A model generated the notes under the pieces. The model was not told the DNA's origin and ran no database searches. It saw only the letters and a program-made list of their open reading frames with translations. A program made the translations under genes and the position numbers. A DNA stretch of 64,000 bases from Takakia lepidozioides (taxonomy: Eukaryota; Plantae; Bryophyta): the NCBI GenBank assembly GCA_030704615.1, contig CM060734.1, positions 3,844,001 to 3,908,000 on the forward strand, written 5' to 3'. Shown piece after piece: positions 23,390-36,200 of the stretch. How positions within the stretch are numbered: the stretch's first letter is position 1; every line of letters starts with the position of its first letter.

Positions 23390-25893
23390 CTATCCCAAGC
23401 AGTGTGGACATAACCAATCTCCATCAGGAACCCTCTCAAGAGGTGGTGTCAAGCCATATGCCAACCTCTTGAGCATTGATCACACACCAGCATGGTGACT
23501 GCCCCTTTGGCAGATCCACAGAGCATGCACCTCAAACCTGCAGGTACCACTGCCAAGTTTGGGTCAACTCTGCCATCGACATTGGGAAGGTGAAATGGCG
23601 CACAATTACGCACATGGTCTTTCCAAGTCATGCCATCCCGACCCTCCAAGATCAGGACTCCTGAGGGCAACACCTCTCGAACCCTCAGAATAACACGCCC
23701 TGCAGTGACATCCAGGGTCATAGGAGCAGTCTGCTGTAAATAAACATAGTCATCCGGGCTAAACCGCCGAACCCCAGGACGATATCCTCCACCACGTATA
23801 GTGGCATACCTCATCATATCATGGTGTTGTGCAATGGCAAGGTTCTCAAAAGCCATGGGCATGACTTTCTTGAACAACTCTGCACGCTGATCACATGCAC
23901 GTACCCACACGTCAGGATCGTCAAGGTTAAGGACTTGAGCAGTGTCCCTGCGAATGGCTGCAGGCAAATCCGGCTCTTGGCCAAAGAGAAGGAAATATGG
24001 TGAGAAGGAGGCAAGTGATGCTTGTTTGCTGAACTTGTAGCCCATTGCTAACCAAGGCACCTGAAGATCCCAATCTCCTAGGTGTTCCTTCTGCAAGCCA
24101 TACTTGCGCAAACCCCTCTTCACCGTCTGAATAACTCACTCTACCAAGCCATCGGCCTTAGGATGATGCCGAGAAGTGGTGCGGTGGTCTATTAAGGCTT
24201 TATCACACAAAGCCTGAAACTCCCCCAAGAACTCTCTCCCTTGGTCTGTGAGTACCTCAGCTGGAGCACTGAATCGGCTAAGCACACGATCCAAGAATGC
24301 ATACGCAGCCCCCTCACTAGCCTTGTCAGGCAATGGAACCAACTCAATCCACTTGGAGAAGTGCTCCACCATCACCAACATATATCTGTGGTGGCGTATA
24401 GTCAGTGACAACGGTCCTACAAAGTCAAGACTCCACCTGTAGCCCAATCCCATGATTGGTAAATGATGCAACTGTGGTGTAGGGGCGTTGAATGAAGCAC
24501 GCACCCTGTCACACACCATGCACCTAGCCACGAACTGTTGCACCTCTGTATGCATACCACGCCACTAATACTGCCCCTGCAGTAAACTGTGAGTGTGTCG
24601 CACTCCAAAATGCCCCAACTCCTCATGGGCATGTCGCACTAACCATGCACGCTGTGTGGGGTGAGGCACAATCCTCACCCGACCATCCTCCCATACTCGG
24701 AGCAGGTGTATCCCCTCCCATTTGAACCTCTTGGCTCGTTGCAGGATCCGATCCCTCTCCTTGGCAGTCACAGTGGCTGCTGTGTCTCCAGTACTAAGGT
24801 CTCATGTATATCTTGGGTACCACATGGCTCATCACTAGCCTCAGGGTCATCAGACACTCCGTCTACAGTCATCCATGTTGTAGGTCCAACCTGACCTCCC
24901 GATGCCAAGATACACAAAAAGACAGATGCATGCCATCCCGGCACCATCTCCTCGTCCGTCTCACCATGCCACCGAGCTCCAGTGTCATCCTGCTGGCTCG
25001 TGCATGGATTGCGACTCAATCCATCCGCATCCCGATTGACCAAACCCGGTCGATGCACAACCTGAAAGTCATACTCCTGGAGTATGAGTGCCCACCGTGC
25101 AAGCTTCCCCGTAAGCTTGTCTGACTCCATCAACCACTTGGCTGGCTGGTAATCTATGACAAGGGTGAAGATATTGTTGTATAGATAGCACCTGAAGTGT
25201 GCCACGGCCCACACTGCAGCTAAGCACTCTCCCTCATATGAGCTGTACTTAGCCTCTGCAGCGTTGTTCGAGTGGCTAGCATAAGCCACTACGAACTCTC
25301 TTCCCTCATCATCCGCCTGTGTGAGCACCGCTCCAAGCCCTAGCATGCTCCAATCCATATGCAGCTGAAAGGGACGCCCCCTGATAGGTCGTCTCAGGAT
25401 AGGCGCCAAGGTCAACCTCGCCTTGAGCTCTTGAAAAACTCGTTCCTGCTCATCTTCCCACTGCCACTCCTGGTCCACCTTGGTCAGCTTGGTTAGAGCC
25501 TTTGCAATGGCACTAAATCCCTTGACAAACCGTCTATAATAGTTTGCCAACCCCATGAAAGCTCAAACTCGGCTCACATCCGTGGGGCGTGGAATTTATG
25601 CAATGGCCTCTACCTTAGTCTGCTGTACCCCCAATCCTCCAGGATATATCATGTGACCCAGATACTCAATCTGGTTGTGGAAAAACTTGCACTTCCCCGG
25701 ATGCAACTTCAATACGCGCGCTCTCAAGCGCTCCAATACCACCTGAAGGTGTCTCTTATGCTCCTCCATCGTAGCATTAAATATGATGATGTCATCTATG
25801 TAGCACCGAGCAAAGTCCACCCCTGCTAGAATCTTATCCATGACTCTCTAAAAACTCCGCATGAGCATTCTTAAGCCCAAATGATAAGAACCA
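23390..25893 (-). pseudogene. pol: Ty3/gypsy pol (RT C-terminal part, RNase H, DDE integrase, C-terminal PHD finger), degenerate
   Basis: FGLKNA, CYIDDII, DWSMLGLGAVL, YEGECLA, HEELGH..CMVC, WSLDFVGP, LTDQGREF, DGLVE, CMLC..CDQC..WH..WLCPHC. Confidence 0.95.
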
Positions 25894-26551
25894 GTAGAAT
25901 AATAGAAAATACTTTGTGGAGTAGCATTTAGAATGGAGTGCAAATGAACAAGAATTGGATGTGAAATTGCACTATGGGGTTCGATAATTTGATAGAATTG
26001 GGTAGGATGCTAGAACGGAAGTAAATTCAAATAATGGGGATGATAATTGGTAGGAATGGGGTTATTAGGATAGATGTTAGCCCATTGAATCAGTGCTAGG
26101 TAGTTATGGTAGTTAGAGTAGGACATTATGAGTTCCGCTAAATCGATGTATTCATGGTCATTCAAGCGAGAGTGCCAAGGCTAGCACAGGAGATGCTAGT
26201 TTGTCGTTTTCAGTAGCTTAAGTAAGAGATAAGAAGAATATGAGTAGTGTGATGAGACAAAGATCTGATGAAAGACTCTGTAAGCTTCATGTTAATGTGA
26301 TGAGATGTTGGAGTTTAATGGGAAGAATTTTGTGTGAAAGAAAAAGATGAGGATTATTTGATGAAGTGTGCAGATCAATACGAAAGGAATTTAATTGAGA
26401 TGAATATTAAGACATTTATTGTTGGGAGACAATTAAAAGTAGATATAGTGTTCTAATCACGACATAGCAATTCAATTGTGTGCTTTCCCCAGCGAACAAA
26501 CCTTAGAACTAATTGATCCTCTTTTAGGATTGATTATAGTTTTATTCTACA
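25894..26551 (+). repeat. 5' LTR (~660 bp) of a non-chromovirus (Athila-like) gypsy element, followed by a tRNA-Asp-type PBS at 26558-26575
   Basis: Starts GTAGAATAAT (first T missing), ends TTTTATTCTACA; PBS CGGCGCCGCTGCCGGGGA; 3' end resembles LTR 29092-30349. Confidence 0.8.
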
Positions 26552-26781
26552 TCTTTTCGGCGCCGCTGCCGGGGAAAGGCCAATCGAGTGGGCTATTTTA
26601 GAGCATTATATTATTGGTAAGAGAAATGTTGGATCAAAAGAGAAACTGAATTATGAAGCTTGTGAGGTTAGGGCTTTAAAAACAAAAATTGTCAAGGATT
26701 TTGTGTTTTTAGACTTTTGTTTTTCTTTGGTTTCAATTTTTCAATTTTCTTGGATGTGAAACAATTACAGACCAATTCGAG

Positions 26782-27552
26782 ATGGAGCAATTTGTTTCGA
26801 CAACCCCTATGGAAGCATATCTTTATAATTATTATGTGAACTTTCAGAGTGTGATTCAGCAACTTCAAAGAGAGAATTGTGGTCTTCATAGTGAAGTAAA
26901 TAGGTTGCGAGAGGAAAACTTAAATCTTTCACGGTCTGTAGAGGCAAATTCCTGGATGACACCTATTGAGACAGATCTTGCACTTCGAATTGGTGATTTA
27001 GGCATGGATATTTTGAATTTGGAGGCCAAACTCAAAGAGTTGGAGGGAAGGAATCATGATTTGACTGTCCAATTGAATTTGGCTCAAACGACGAATTTGG
27101 AAGAGATCCGGGCAAAAGATCTTGAAGCCAAAGCTTTGCTGCAAAGAAATGAGGAGCATTTTCAAAGTGAGATTTTGATCTTGAAGGCAAAGTTAGATAC
27201 AATCTCAATCAAGAAAGAGAAATCATTACTGGATAATGAAATTTTGCAAGAAGAAAATCAACTCTTGTACATGAAGGTGCAATTTCTTGATGATCAAGTT
27301 GCCACTCTCTTATCTGAGAAAGTAAATTTTGAGCAAGATAATGCAATGACTATTCAACAATGTAAAGAAATTGCTTTGGAGGTCGTGCAAATAAAGGACC
27401 AATTCACTCAATTGAGAAATTCGCAAGAAAACACAATTTTTGAGGCAAAGCTAAATTCTTGCAATTATCAAAAATCGCAAATTTCTTTGGAGGAGATCAA
27501 TTTGGATGTGTGTAGGGGGCAATTCCGGTACGACAACGCCAACATCAATTGA
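26782..27552 (+). CDS. 256-aa coiled-coil ORF downstream of the PBS; function unknown
   Basis: Open ATG-initiated frame with L/E/Q/N heptad-like pattern; no gag motifs. Confidence 0.55.
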   Translation: MEQFVSTTPMEAYLYNYYVNFQSVIQQLQRENCGLHSEVNRLREENLNLSRSVEANSWMTPIETDLALRIGDLGMDILNLEAKLKELEGRNHDLTVQLNLAQTTNLEEIRAKDLEAKALLQRNEEHFQSEILILKAKLDTISIKKEKSLLDNEILQEENQLLYMKVQFLDDQVATLLSEKVNFEQDNAMTIQQCKEIALEVVQIKDQFTQLRNSQENTIFEAKLNSCNYQKSQISLEEINLDVCRGQFRYDNANIN

Positions 27553-27724
27553 ATCCCAAATACTCTTTATTGGTGAAGGAAGAGTTGGATAAATTGCTGG
27601 CAGCTGATTTTATTTATCTTGTTCCATACAACGATTGGGTATCGCCAATAGTGGTTGTTCCCAAGAAGCAATCGGGCAAGGTGCGAATTTGCCAGGACTT
27701 TCGGAACCTTAATGCAGTTACTAG
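27515..27724 (+). pseudogene. pol: Gypsy RT N-terminal fragment
   Basis: PVRQRQHQLNPKYSLLVKEELDKLL..WVSPIVVVPKK..RICQDFRNLNAVT. Confidence 0.85.
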
Positions 27725-28740
27725 CCGAAGTTTGCGGAGCCCAAGAATTAGTATCAAACATAGTGGGCGTAACTGAATAAGTTGAGACATTAATAGTTTC
27801 CCATAGTTTAGCTCAATTGAGGGCTGCTTGGAGGTTGGCCGGTGTCCCCTCCTTTACAAACCACTTCAATTCCTATGGCATCAATCCTTCCACAAAAAGG
27901 CCCATCTGCATATGGTCAGGGATGTTATGGTTATTCCATCGCCGGAGGATATCTTCCAATCGTCCTGCAAAGGAGCCAATTGATTCTCCTTCTACCATAT
28001 GGAGCTTGGTCAATTGCTCACGCAACCGATCGGTAAAACCCAAGGGCTTGAATTGAGTTAGAAAGGCTGTCTTTAGGGCATTCCAATCAGTAAAGATGCC
28101 ATGAGGTTGACGATCGTACCACTGAAAAGCCAGCTCACGCAGCGTAGCGGGAAACATCATCCGCCACCAATCTTCTGTCCTATCCTTGTTGGCAATACAA
28201 GCCGTCATAAACTGGGCCAAATGCCGATCAGGGTCTGATCCTTGTAGGCCCATGAACTGTGGCATAGGCGATACATTGATTGGTCTATCGTCGGGGCCTC
28301 CCAAGTTCACCACCACCAGAACTATCCTTGTTGGCAATACAAGCCGTCATAAACTGGGCCAAATGCCGATCAGGGTCTGATCCTTGTAGGCCCATGAACT
28401 GTGGCATAGGCGATACATTGATTGGTCTATCGTCGGGGCCTCCCAAGTTCACCACCACCAGAATCGACTGTAAGTTAACTCCAATCTGTACAACAACCAT
28501 TGGTGCTGGTACAATAGGCGGTACGATAGATACAATATGAGGTACGTTAGGTAGCGCCGATACTGCAGCTAGCTGTGCGGCTAATAATGCACGTCGTGCT
28601 ATCCGCACTGCCAATCGATCAGCCCTTGCCTTAGCCTGATGTTCTTTTCTCACAGGGGATTCCCTCATTCCCCATAACCCTTTCTTCTTTATTGAAAACA
28701 CAAGACGATCTCCTTGATTCCTTGCGATAGACAATTCAAG
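27725..28740 (-). pseudogene. gag: Gypsy gag, 3'-truncated, with a 142-bp internal tandem duplication
   Basis: PQFMG..DPDRHLAQF..FPATLRELAFQWY..WNALKTAFLTQF..ESIGSF..FVEGL. Confidence 0.85.
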
Positions 28741-29327
28741 TGTGGTTGCCTGGTCCTCTTGTTTAGTTGGGAGCTAGATCGGCTCCTCCTTGGCTATTGC
28801 CAGTGCTAACATCACCGTCTTCCGTAGGCTCAGATCCCCAAGGTTCAATTGTTTTAGCCTTCTTCCTCTGACTCCAAAAACATTCCGAAATTTCTACCTT
28901 TTTGTGCTGATTCCGTGGATTGCAAAAATGACATAATTTTAACCCAGGTGATGGAACCTTACTGTTACGAATGACTTCCCATGTTATCTCTTCTTCCTTC
29001 AACAACCTTAAGAAATAAATATCTTCAAAGTTTATTAAAGCATCATTATCGCAAACCGCATCGTCTCTCCCCGGCAGCGGCGCCAAAAAGATGTAGAATA
29101 AAAACTAGAATCAAGGAAAAGGATCCATTAGTTTCGAGGTTCGTTCACAGGGAAAGCACTATACGAGTGTAAAATAACGATGCTAGACTATTTTCTCTCT
29201 CTCTATATCTTCCTTGGATCGACTTTTACCACCAGTCATCTTCATCTAACACGATCATCATTCTTCCAGATTCATAAATATTCTCTCCATCCCCTATTAA
29301 CTCTGCTCCATCGGCTGAAATTAAATA

Positions 29328-29534
29328 TCATTGCTCAACTATATTTTTCCTCCAATAGTCTTCTTTATAAAGGATCAATAATTCCCTATACCACCCTTTA
29401 CTCGCCAACTGTAATTGTATACTCTCTTTATCGCTGCAACAAAGCTTCTTAAAGATATCTATCGACAAATTGTCTGGTAGATTAGTAATCAACTCGGCCA
29501 ATTCTTTTACTTCTCCATCAATTGACTTTTCCAT
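29328..29534 (-). CDS. Small F-box-motif ORF inside the LTR (copy 2)
   Basis: ELITNLPDNLSIDIFKKL...LQLASKGWYREL; aligns colinearly with copy 1. Confidence 0.55.
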   Translation of the reverse strand: MEKSIDGEVKELAELITNLPDNLSIDIFKKLCCSDKESIQLQLASKGWYRELLILYKEDYWRKNIVEQ

Positions 29535-29571
29535 TCAAATGCCCTTTTCCTCCTCTATCAATCTCTCTCTT

Positions 29572-29868
29572 CTAATTCAATTGAGGTCTTCCTACTCCAA
29601 AGTCTTTGATTCGTGCTTTCATATATTCTGGATATCCATCTAAAGGGCAACACCACATCTGGATCCACTTACATTGCAGGTGACAATGTTTATATAGAAC
29701 TGATAACTCCTTTTGCCAGGCTTTACTTACACTCTCTAATTGCACGAATTCTGCATCATTACAAAGTAGACTCTTAAATATCGGAATTGATACATCTCTT
29801 GGTAACCCAGGGATTAATTCGTTCACAGAATTCTTATCTCCTCCAATAGTGCACATTCTCACCATCTC
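29572..29868 (-). CDS. Small F-box-motif ORF inside the LTR (copy 1)
   Basis: ELIPGLPRDVSIPIFKSL...LESVSKAWQKEL. Confidence 0.6.
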   Translation of the reverse strand, partial: EMVRMCTIGGDKNSVNELIPGLPRDVSIPIFKSLLCNDAEFVQLESVSKAWQKELSVLYKHCHLQCKWIQMWCCPLDGYPEYMKARIKDFGVGRPQLN

Positions 29869-30349
29869 ATACAGAAGATAAACATTCAACTCATCAGTTA
29901 CAAATCATTCCATCAGTCTGGTGCTTACACAGAGAATACTCAATTGAATTCCCTCCTTTACTTCTCCCAACAATAATAAGAACAATATTGCAGATCTATA
30001 CTACCATTGATGTAAGATTCTATCTCCTAGATTCTACAGCTTCTACACACAAACACTCTACTCTGGTCACGGCTCTCTGGCTCATCTGACACTGATTGAT
30101 TCAACAAATACTGATTTATAGAAGATTTGCTCAACAACTATTGTAACCATTCCTAACTCCTATTCATCCAATCATTCCATCCGTTGCTATTATCTAATGT
30201 CGAATAGAATCGAGTCATCCGTCATTACAAAATATCGAGAAGAATCGTCCTATCGTGTCTATATCGTAATATTGCAGAGTATGTCAACCCGATAATTCAC
30301 TAAAATTTTTTACAATAAAAGCTTAATTGAATTTTATTATTATTCTACA

Positions 30350-32693
30350 ACCAGCTCCAGTCATCCAGTCAAGGCCTAGTAAGAATTGATCGCCAACAGT
30401 GACTATGCAGGTAACCACAACTTCTTTCTTGTGAATTCTAATGGGCACAGTAACCAGACCCAGAGGCTCATACCTGGATCCATCTGCAATCAGCACTTCA
30501 ATACCAGAGGCAAGGCATAATTTAAGACCAAGAACCCGCACAACATTCAAAGGTATTACAGATATAGTACATCATGTGTCTACTACGCAAGGAAAGCTTA
30601 ATTCATAGATGTGGCATTGAGCCATGAGTGGGCTGATCTGCTGATTTGCAGTCTGCCAGCTGAGCGGACAATGCAAAGCTTTGAAATTAGTGGATAAAAC
30701 AGCACACATTGGAACAAGAGAGGTAGGGTTGGTAGATGGTGGACCTCTTGCCCCCTTCCCAAGAAGTCGCTCTAGTTTAAAGGAGGGGACGAACTGCTGG
30801 CAGCTGTCTTGCTTTGGATCAGCTCTGATAATCCTGCTCTGTCTCGGCAATGTTTGGTCCAACGCTTGCAAGGCAGCAAATTGTGTGGCAACAGACTCAC
30901 TGAGACTCCCGACTATATTGACTAATTGCTGGAGTGAAAAGTCTTATGGACTGCATTGCTGGAGGCACATAAGGTTGGGATGTTGCAGTCATGCCAAGCT
31001 CGGAGCCCACATGAGCTTGAAACTTGGAATGGGTTTGCATTGATTTGCTGTCAACCAAGTCTGCCATCTTAAGATTCACTTCTGCTAGCATAGTCTTATC
31101 ATTAACAAAATGACGACGTTGAGCCCAATTCCGAATAGCAAAACCATTACACATATCTTTTCTTGAGCTAGCTTGGGTAACAGCCACCTTGCTATACCAT
31201 CCTAAAATGAGAGCGGGGTAATCCAAGGATAAAGTATACCTTGGACATGCGATCACGCTCTGCTAGATCAATAATGTTTTCTGCAGCAGCAAATTTAAGG
31301 TCCATGTAATATTTCCATAAGGACTCTCCTGGCTGGTAAGTCCTAGAGCTCAATTTGGTAAAGCAATCCAACGGCCTTTCAGGGGGTTTGAACAGGGTCT
31401 TAGCCCACTCCACAAGGGTCGTCCAATTGAGCTTGGGGTCATCCATGACGGCTGCATGTAACAAATCACGGGCTGGCCCCTTCATGCTCATTCTAAAAAT
31501 AGCTATTTTAAAATTCTCAGGTACACCATTCACATCAGCAATAACTTCAAACATCTGGATATATCTATCAAAGTCTTCTCCCATAGTGTATTCTGGATAG
31601 GGCTGGGTGGTTGATTGAGGAATCATATGACAAGGCAAACTATGATTCACGTGGTCAAGATAAGCAGATCCATGGGCAGGGCAGCAGTGAGCTGTAGCCT
31701 GAGTCTGACCAGTGACGTTATTCACAGCATGCGCCCCACTAGCAACCAGGATATAGTTATTATTATTCACCTTATTAGAGGGACCCTTATAAGACAAAGA
31801 TGGCAGACTGGATGCTGTCATGCCCACCAGGGGAACATGCAGCGTAGGCCTCGACTGAACAGCTTGACCGACCATCGCAGCTTGGTTGGGAGCCACCCCA
31901 CTCACTGCGGGAATGGGTGGCTTACCCAATTGTTGGGTAGACTGACCTCCTACACTACCACTAGAATGAGCAGCATGCATTCCAACAGTCAATCCAGAAG
32001 GCATAGACATGCCAATTCCTCCCCCAAGAGCGGGACTAGGAACATGCATCACAGGCAAGTTACTTGCACTCCCTATGTTGACATAAGCACTTTGTGGGGC
32101 CGGCAGACCGCTCATAGTAGCCCCCATACTCTGAAGTTTACGCCAGGCACACCATTGCAACTTACACTCGGCACTAGAGAGGGTTTTTGGGTGGTGTACC
32201 TGTCAACACCACCCGAGAAATGGCCTTGTGATACCAATTTACCCTCACTAGCAGAAACTACGTTGGCATTTAGATTCGGCCTAGCCATCGCCGAGTCGGT
32301 TGAGACATACTGGACTCCGCTCGCCACTGGTACATCAAAGCCAGTGTGAAGGGAAGAGCCTGATGAACCCTGCAAACCAGAAAGACTATGATGCATGCTA
32401 ACATTACCACCAAACGAGTCTTGATCCACCAAGAGACTCTCTTCCTGGTCACAGGCTTCAATTCCATCAGCCACTGGAACTATCGCATGATCCGAGTAGA
32501 GCTCACCAGAGAGTGTCTCATCGCGTAGTAAGGGAAAATCACCATCAACATAGCCCAAATCCAACACCGCCAGATCATGGATCACCTCTTCCTGTACACC
32601 GTGTTCTAGACTTGCCACACTCACACGCGAGCCTTTACTAGATTCAAGCACATCCCTTTTGAAAGTGGGATCGGGCATTAGTTTGTCACCCAT
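30350..32693 (-). pseudogene. gag: Gag plus aspartic protease of a further gypsy family, degenerate
   Basis: EDFDRYIQMFE..MKGPARD..YQPGESLWKYY..FILGL; protease VVDT..IADG..FLLGLDWM; possible PBS TGGTGGTACCAGG near 32793-32805. Confidence 0.75.
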
Positions 32694-33210
32694 CCTTCCT
32701 CGACCAGATCGTAACCAGGGCAGATGTTCGCCATCTATCTTGAAACAAAACTAGGAATTTCAAATCAAAGCAAGAGATGAGATGATCCGCTACCTGGTAC
32801 CACCAAAGTGCTCGATAGGTTGCCAGGGAGAGTTCAAGCGGCAGGGATGAGCAGCTGCGGATGTGGCTATGCAGGATCAGGAAACCAGACAGAGCAGGAA
32901 ACCACCTTCAAAACGTCGTGTGACTGCAGCCCGTAGATTCCTAGTGCCAGCCACTCCCATGCTTCAGGAGTCTCGACCCAGAAGCTCACCTTTGTCGTTT
33001 CCCCTTCCAACCAACTTCGTGATAGAATCGTAGTGGCAGGATAGTCGTCCAAATTGGCAGAGGCTCGCGGGCGAACCACACACTGGTGGTTGAACACCGT
33101 GCCCAATGTAACAATGTCTGATGATTGAGCGATTAGGGCGTCACCCCGCAGCCCGTCAAAAATATGAGAGTACGTCGGCACCACTCCACAAAGCCTAAGA
33201 TGAAATCGCA

Positions 33211-36200
33211 ATGTTCTCAACACAAAAGCTCCAGTGCCTCTTAGCATCAACGCCAACCACTCATCCCCCACAAAATCAGCAGGTTGATAAAGAACCGGTC
33301 CTTGAAGAGCAGAAAGAGGAAAATGAAGGCCAAGTTCAGGCCATGTCAACTGGCGGTGATGGCGAACTTGCATTGCAGGAAGAGGGCGGACTCGCAAAGA
33401 GGGCCCGCATAGACGAAGGCACAACAAGCGGAACGGCGGAGGTCATGCTCACTTCCACGGGAGACTCTACACTACAGAGAAAAGGGGTCAAGCAACAGTA
33501 GGAGGAGACCGCCCTGATGGATACTGCACCTGCCAACAACACAGAGGTTCGGCAGGAGACCACTACACATGTGGAGCAGCAGACAGGGGAGGCAGAAGCA
33601 CCAGCTACCCAACAGCAGAACACCCAACAAGACCCGAACTTGGAATTGCTGTTATCACAACAACTCCCAGACATGAGCATGTGGGATACAAGATTGACAG
33701 ACAATCCTATCAACGCCATCACACACACTGTCACAGCATTGAATCAGGCTACATTCTTGCTGAACAAGATTGAAGACTAAATTTCTCCATAACAGTTTAG
33801 CACGGTTCTGGAGCAACTTCACAACAAGCACCAGCAAGAGCTTGCGGCAGCATGAACTGTATATAACCACAAGGTTACAATTGCTAACCTGGAAAACCAG
33901 AAAAGCGCTAGATGCTTCGCCAGTACAACAACCTGGAAACCTGTCGAGCTGACTGGGAACACAAGTGGGAACGACAGAGGGAAGCAACCCAGGCAGTCCA
34001 AGCAGACTTGGATGCAGAGAGGGACAGACATCGGGCAGTGGAGAACGACTGCCAAATTCTACAGCAGCAGCTCAATATGACCACAAACAAGCTCAATGAC
34101 GCTCAAGCTCAATTAACAACAGCAGGGTAGCAGCACTGGTAAACAACAAAACTTTACTACGGCAAAGAATGGTTCGAAGCAACAACGGAGAGAGACATTG
34201 CTCAGGGCAATGAGCAAGGATTGAAGTCTCAGATGAACAAGCTAACGCTTCAGGCAGGACTGGATGTAGCAGACGCAACCCTGGCCCGTATATGGCTAAC
34301 CGAGGGACATCCCCTCGAGGTAAAGAAGTGTAATCGTCAGGGGTTGCAGCAAATCAAAACCCAGCTGGAAAAATTGGTGACAGACATTCATGAGGAATAT
34401 CTGCCACCAATTCCAATACAAGAGGAGCTCATGGAGGAAGATGAGCAGGAAGAACAAGACCATGCACAAGAACAGGAAGCACCAACAGCAACACCAGCAC
34501 AGCTTGAGGGGGCACCATTACAGGCCACAGCAGGGCCGTCTATCCAAGAGGTAACCACTGTACCACTACCAAGCATTCTTGTGGCATCAGCTTCAGTTTC
34601 AGTGGATGATTTTCAGATCATTCCATGGCAAACGGGATGGGGAATGGCTCAAGTATTCAGAGGAATACTTCTCAATGATGAGCATTCAGGCCCAACAGAT
34701 CCCATAATTGTTGGAAAAGGTATTCAAGTACCTAACCCCCTGCAAGTCACTAGGCCAGCTACATATCCTCAATCAGACGCTCATACCCTTGAGATATAGA
34801 ATGCGGCCACTTGGAAAGGATGACACATTGTCCGGGGCAGAATTGGTAGAATTCTGGCGCCAAGCCCCTCTAGAGTACAAGGAGTTGGTGGCCTATATGT
34901 GGGCAATGGGACAGTTGAAGATTAACCCCACCCCAGCAGTTGATGTGGTTATGGGCTGCCCAAGTTTCTACATTGGCAGCTATCTTTACAGGCTGTTCAC
35001 CACACTGCGGGCAAGCTGGCAGTGCTACCAAAGCATTGAGCAGGATACGCAGTGGGACTTGCCCAAGTTTCAGCCACCAGGGCGAGTTTCTGGCACCTCA
35101 CAATACATAGACCTACCTCTGTATGCTGAATCATGGCGTCAGGCAAAGGAACACTTCCAACCTTTGCAACTGGACAGAGACCACCCCTTGACAGACGCAG
35201 GTCACCAAGCGGTTAACTGGTTGATAGGCAGCAGGCCAACCAAGGACATCGTTTCCTGGACAAAGAACGAGCTTCAGAGTTATCACGAGATCTTGACCAA
35301 CAAGATCGATCGCATACGGAAGGGGGGTTACTCAGAGCATCCAGATGAGGAGAGCTGGCCCATAAAGGAACCACGAGAGGCGCCAGATAGTGACGACAAC
35401 AGGAACAAGAAGGTGACAAGAAGCTGCCACCGAAACCGACATGGGACTTACCTCCCAACCAGCAGACGGGCATGCCACCACCCTACATCCCCCCAAAGAG
35501 ACAGAGCAAGCACAAGCACCGACGAAATTGTGCTTACACAATTGAACAAAGGAGGGGGGGGGGGGATAAATGATAACGGCTAAGTGCCAGTGCCACCAGG
35601 GCAGGGCAGCTTGAGCTAGAACAGGACAGTGGCGGGGTAGTGATCGACTTCACACTACCACGACCACGATGCAGGAACAGTCAAGTGCTCGGCAGTTAGC
35701 AGCAAGAGAGGACGGGCAACACTACCACGTATAGCAGTAGTGGGTAGTGTAACAGCCGTGGGTCGTGAACCGCCATATCACACGGCCACGGTCCAGCAGG
35801 GAAGCATAGGCTTTACTAGACCAAGTAGTGAGTGGTCGTGGGCTGTGTGCCACTATGACACACTACCACGGGCCACTTTTTTGTCAACCCTTTTAGGTTG
35901 CGTAGGCAGTTAGGTAACGGTCATTAATGACCGCAGGCTGTAAACGGCTCTTTCGAACACTAGTATAAATGGACCGCACGCAACTTAGGAGATATGAGTG
36001 TGTGTACTTGTGCTATGATGTGATGACTCTGAAGGAAAGCAATGCTTTTCCAAGTACTTCTGTGTAGAGAGAACATGAGATAGAGAGAATGTGCATGATG
36101 AGAGAACGTGAGATAGAGAGAATGTGCATGATGAGAGAACGTGAGATAGAGAGAATGTGCACCATCTATGAATAGATCTTAATTGCAGTAGCAACATCGT

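Larger units (their letters stand above)
29092..30349 (-). repeat. 5' LTR (~1258 bp) with tRNA-Asp-type PBS at 29068-29085
   Basis: Inverted termini TGTAGAATAA...TTATTCTACA; minus-strand PBS TGGCGCCGCTGCCGGGGA. Confidence 0.85.
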
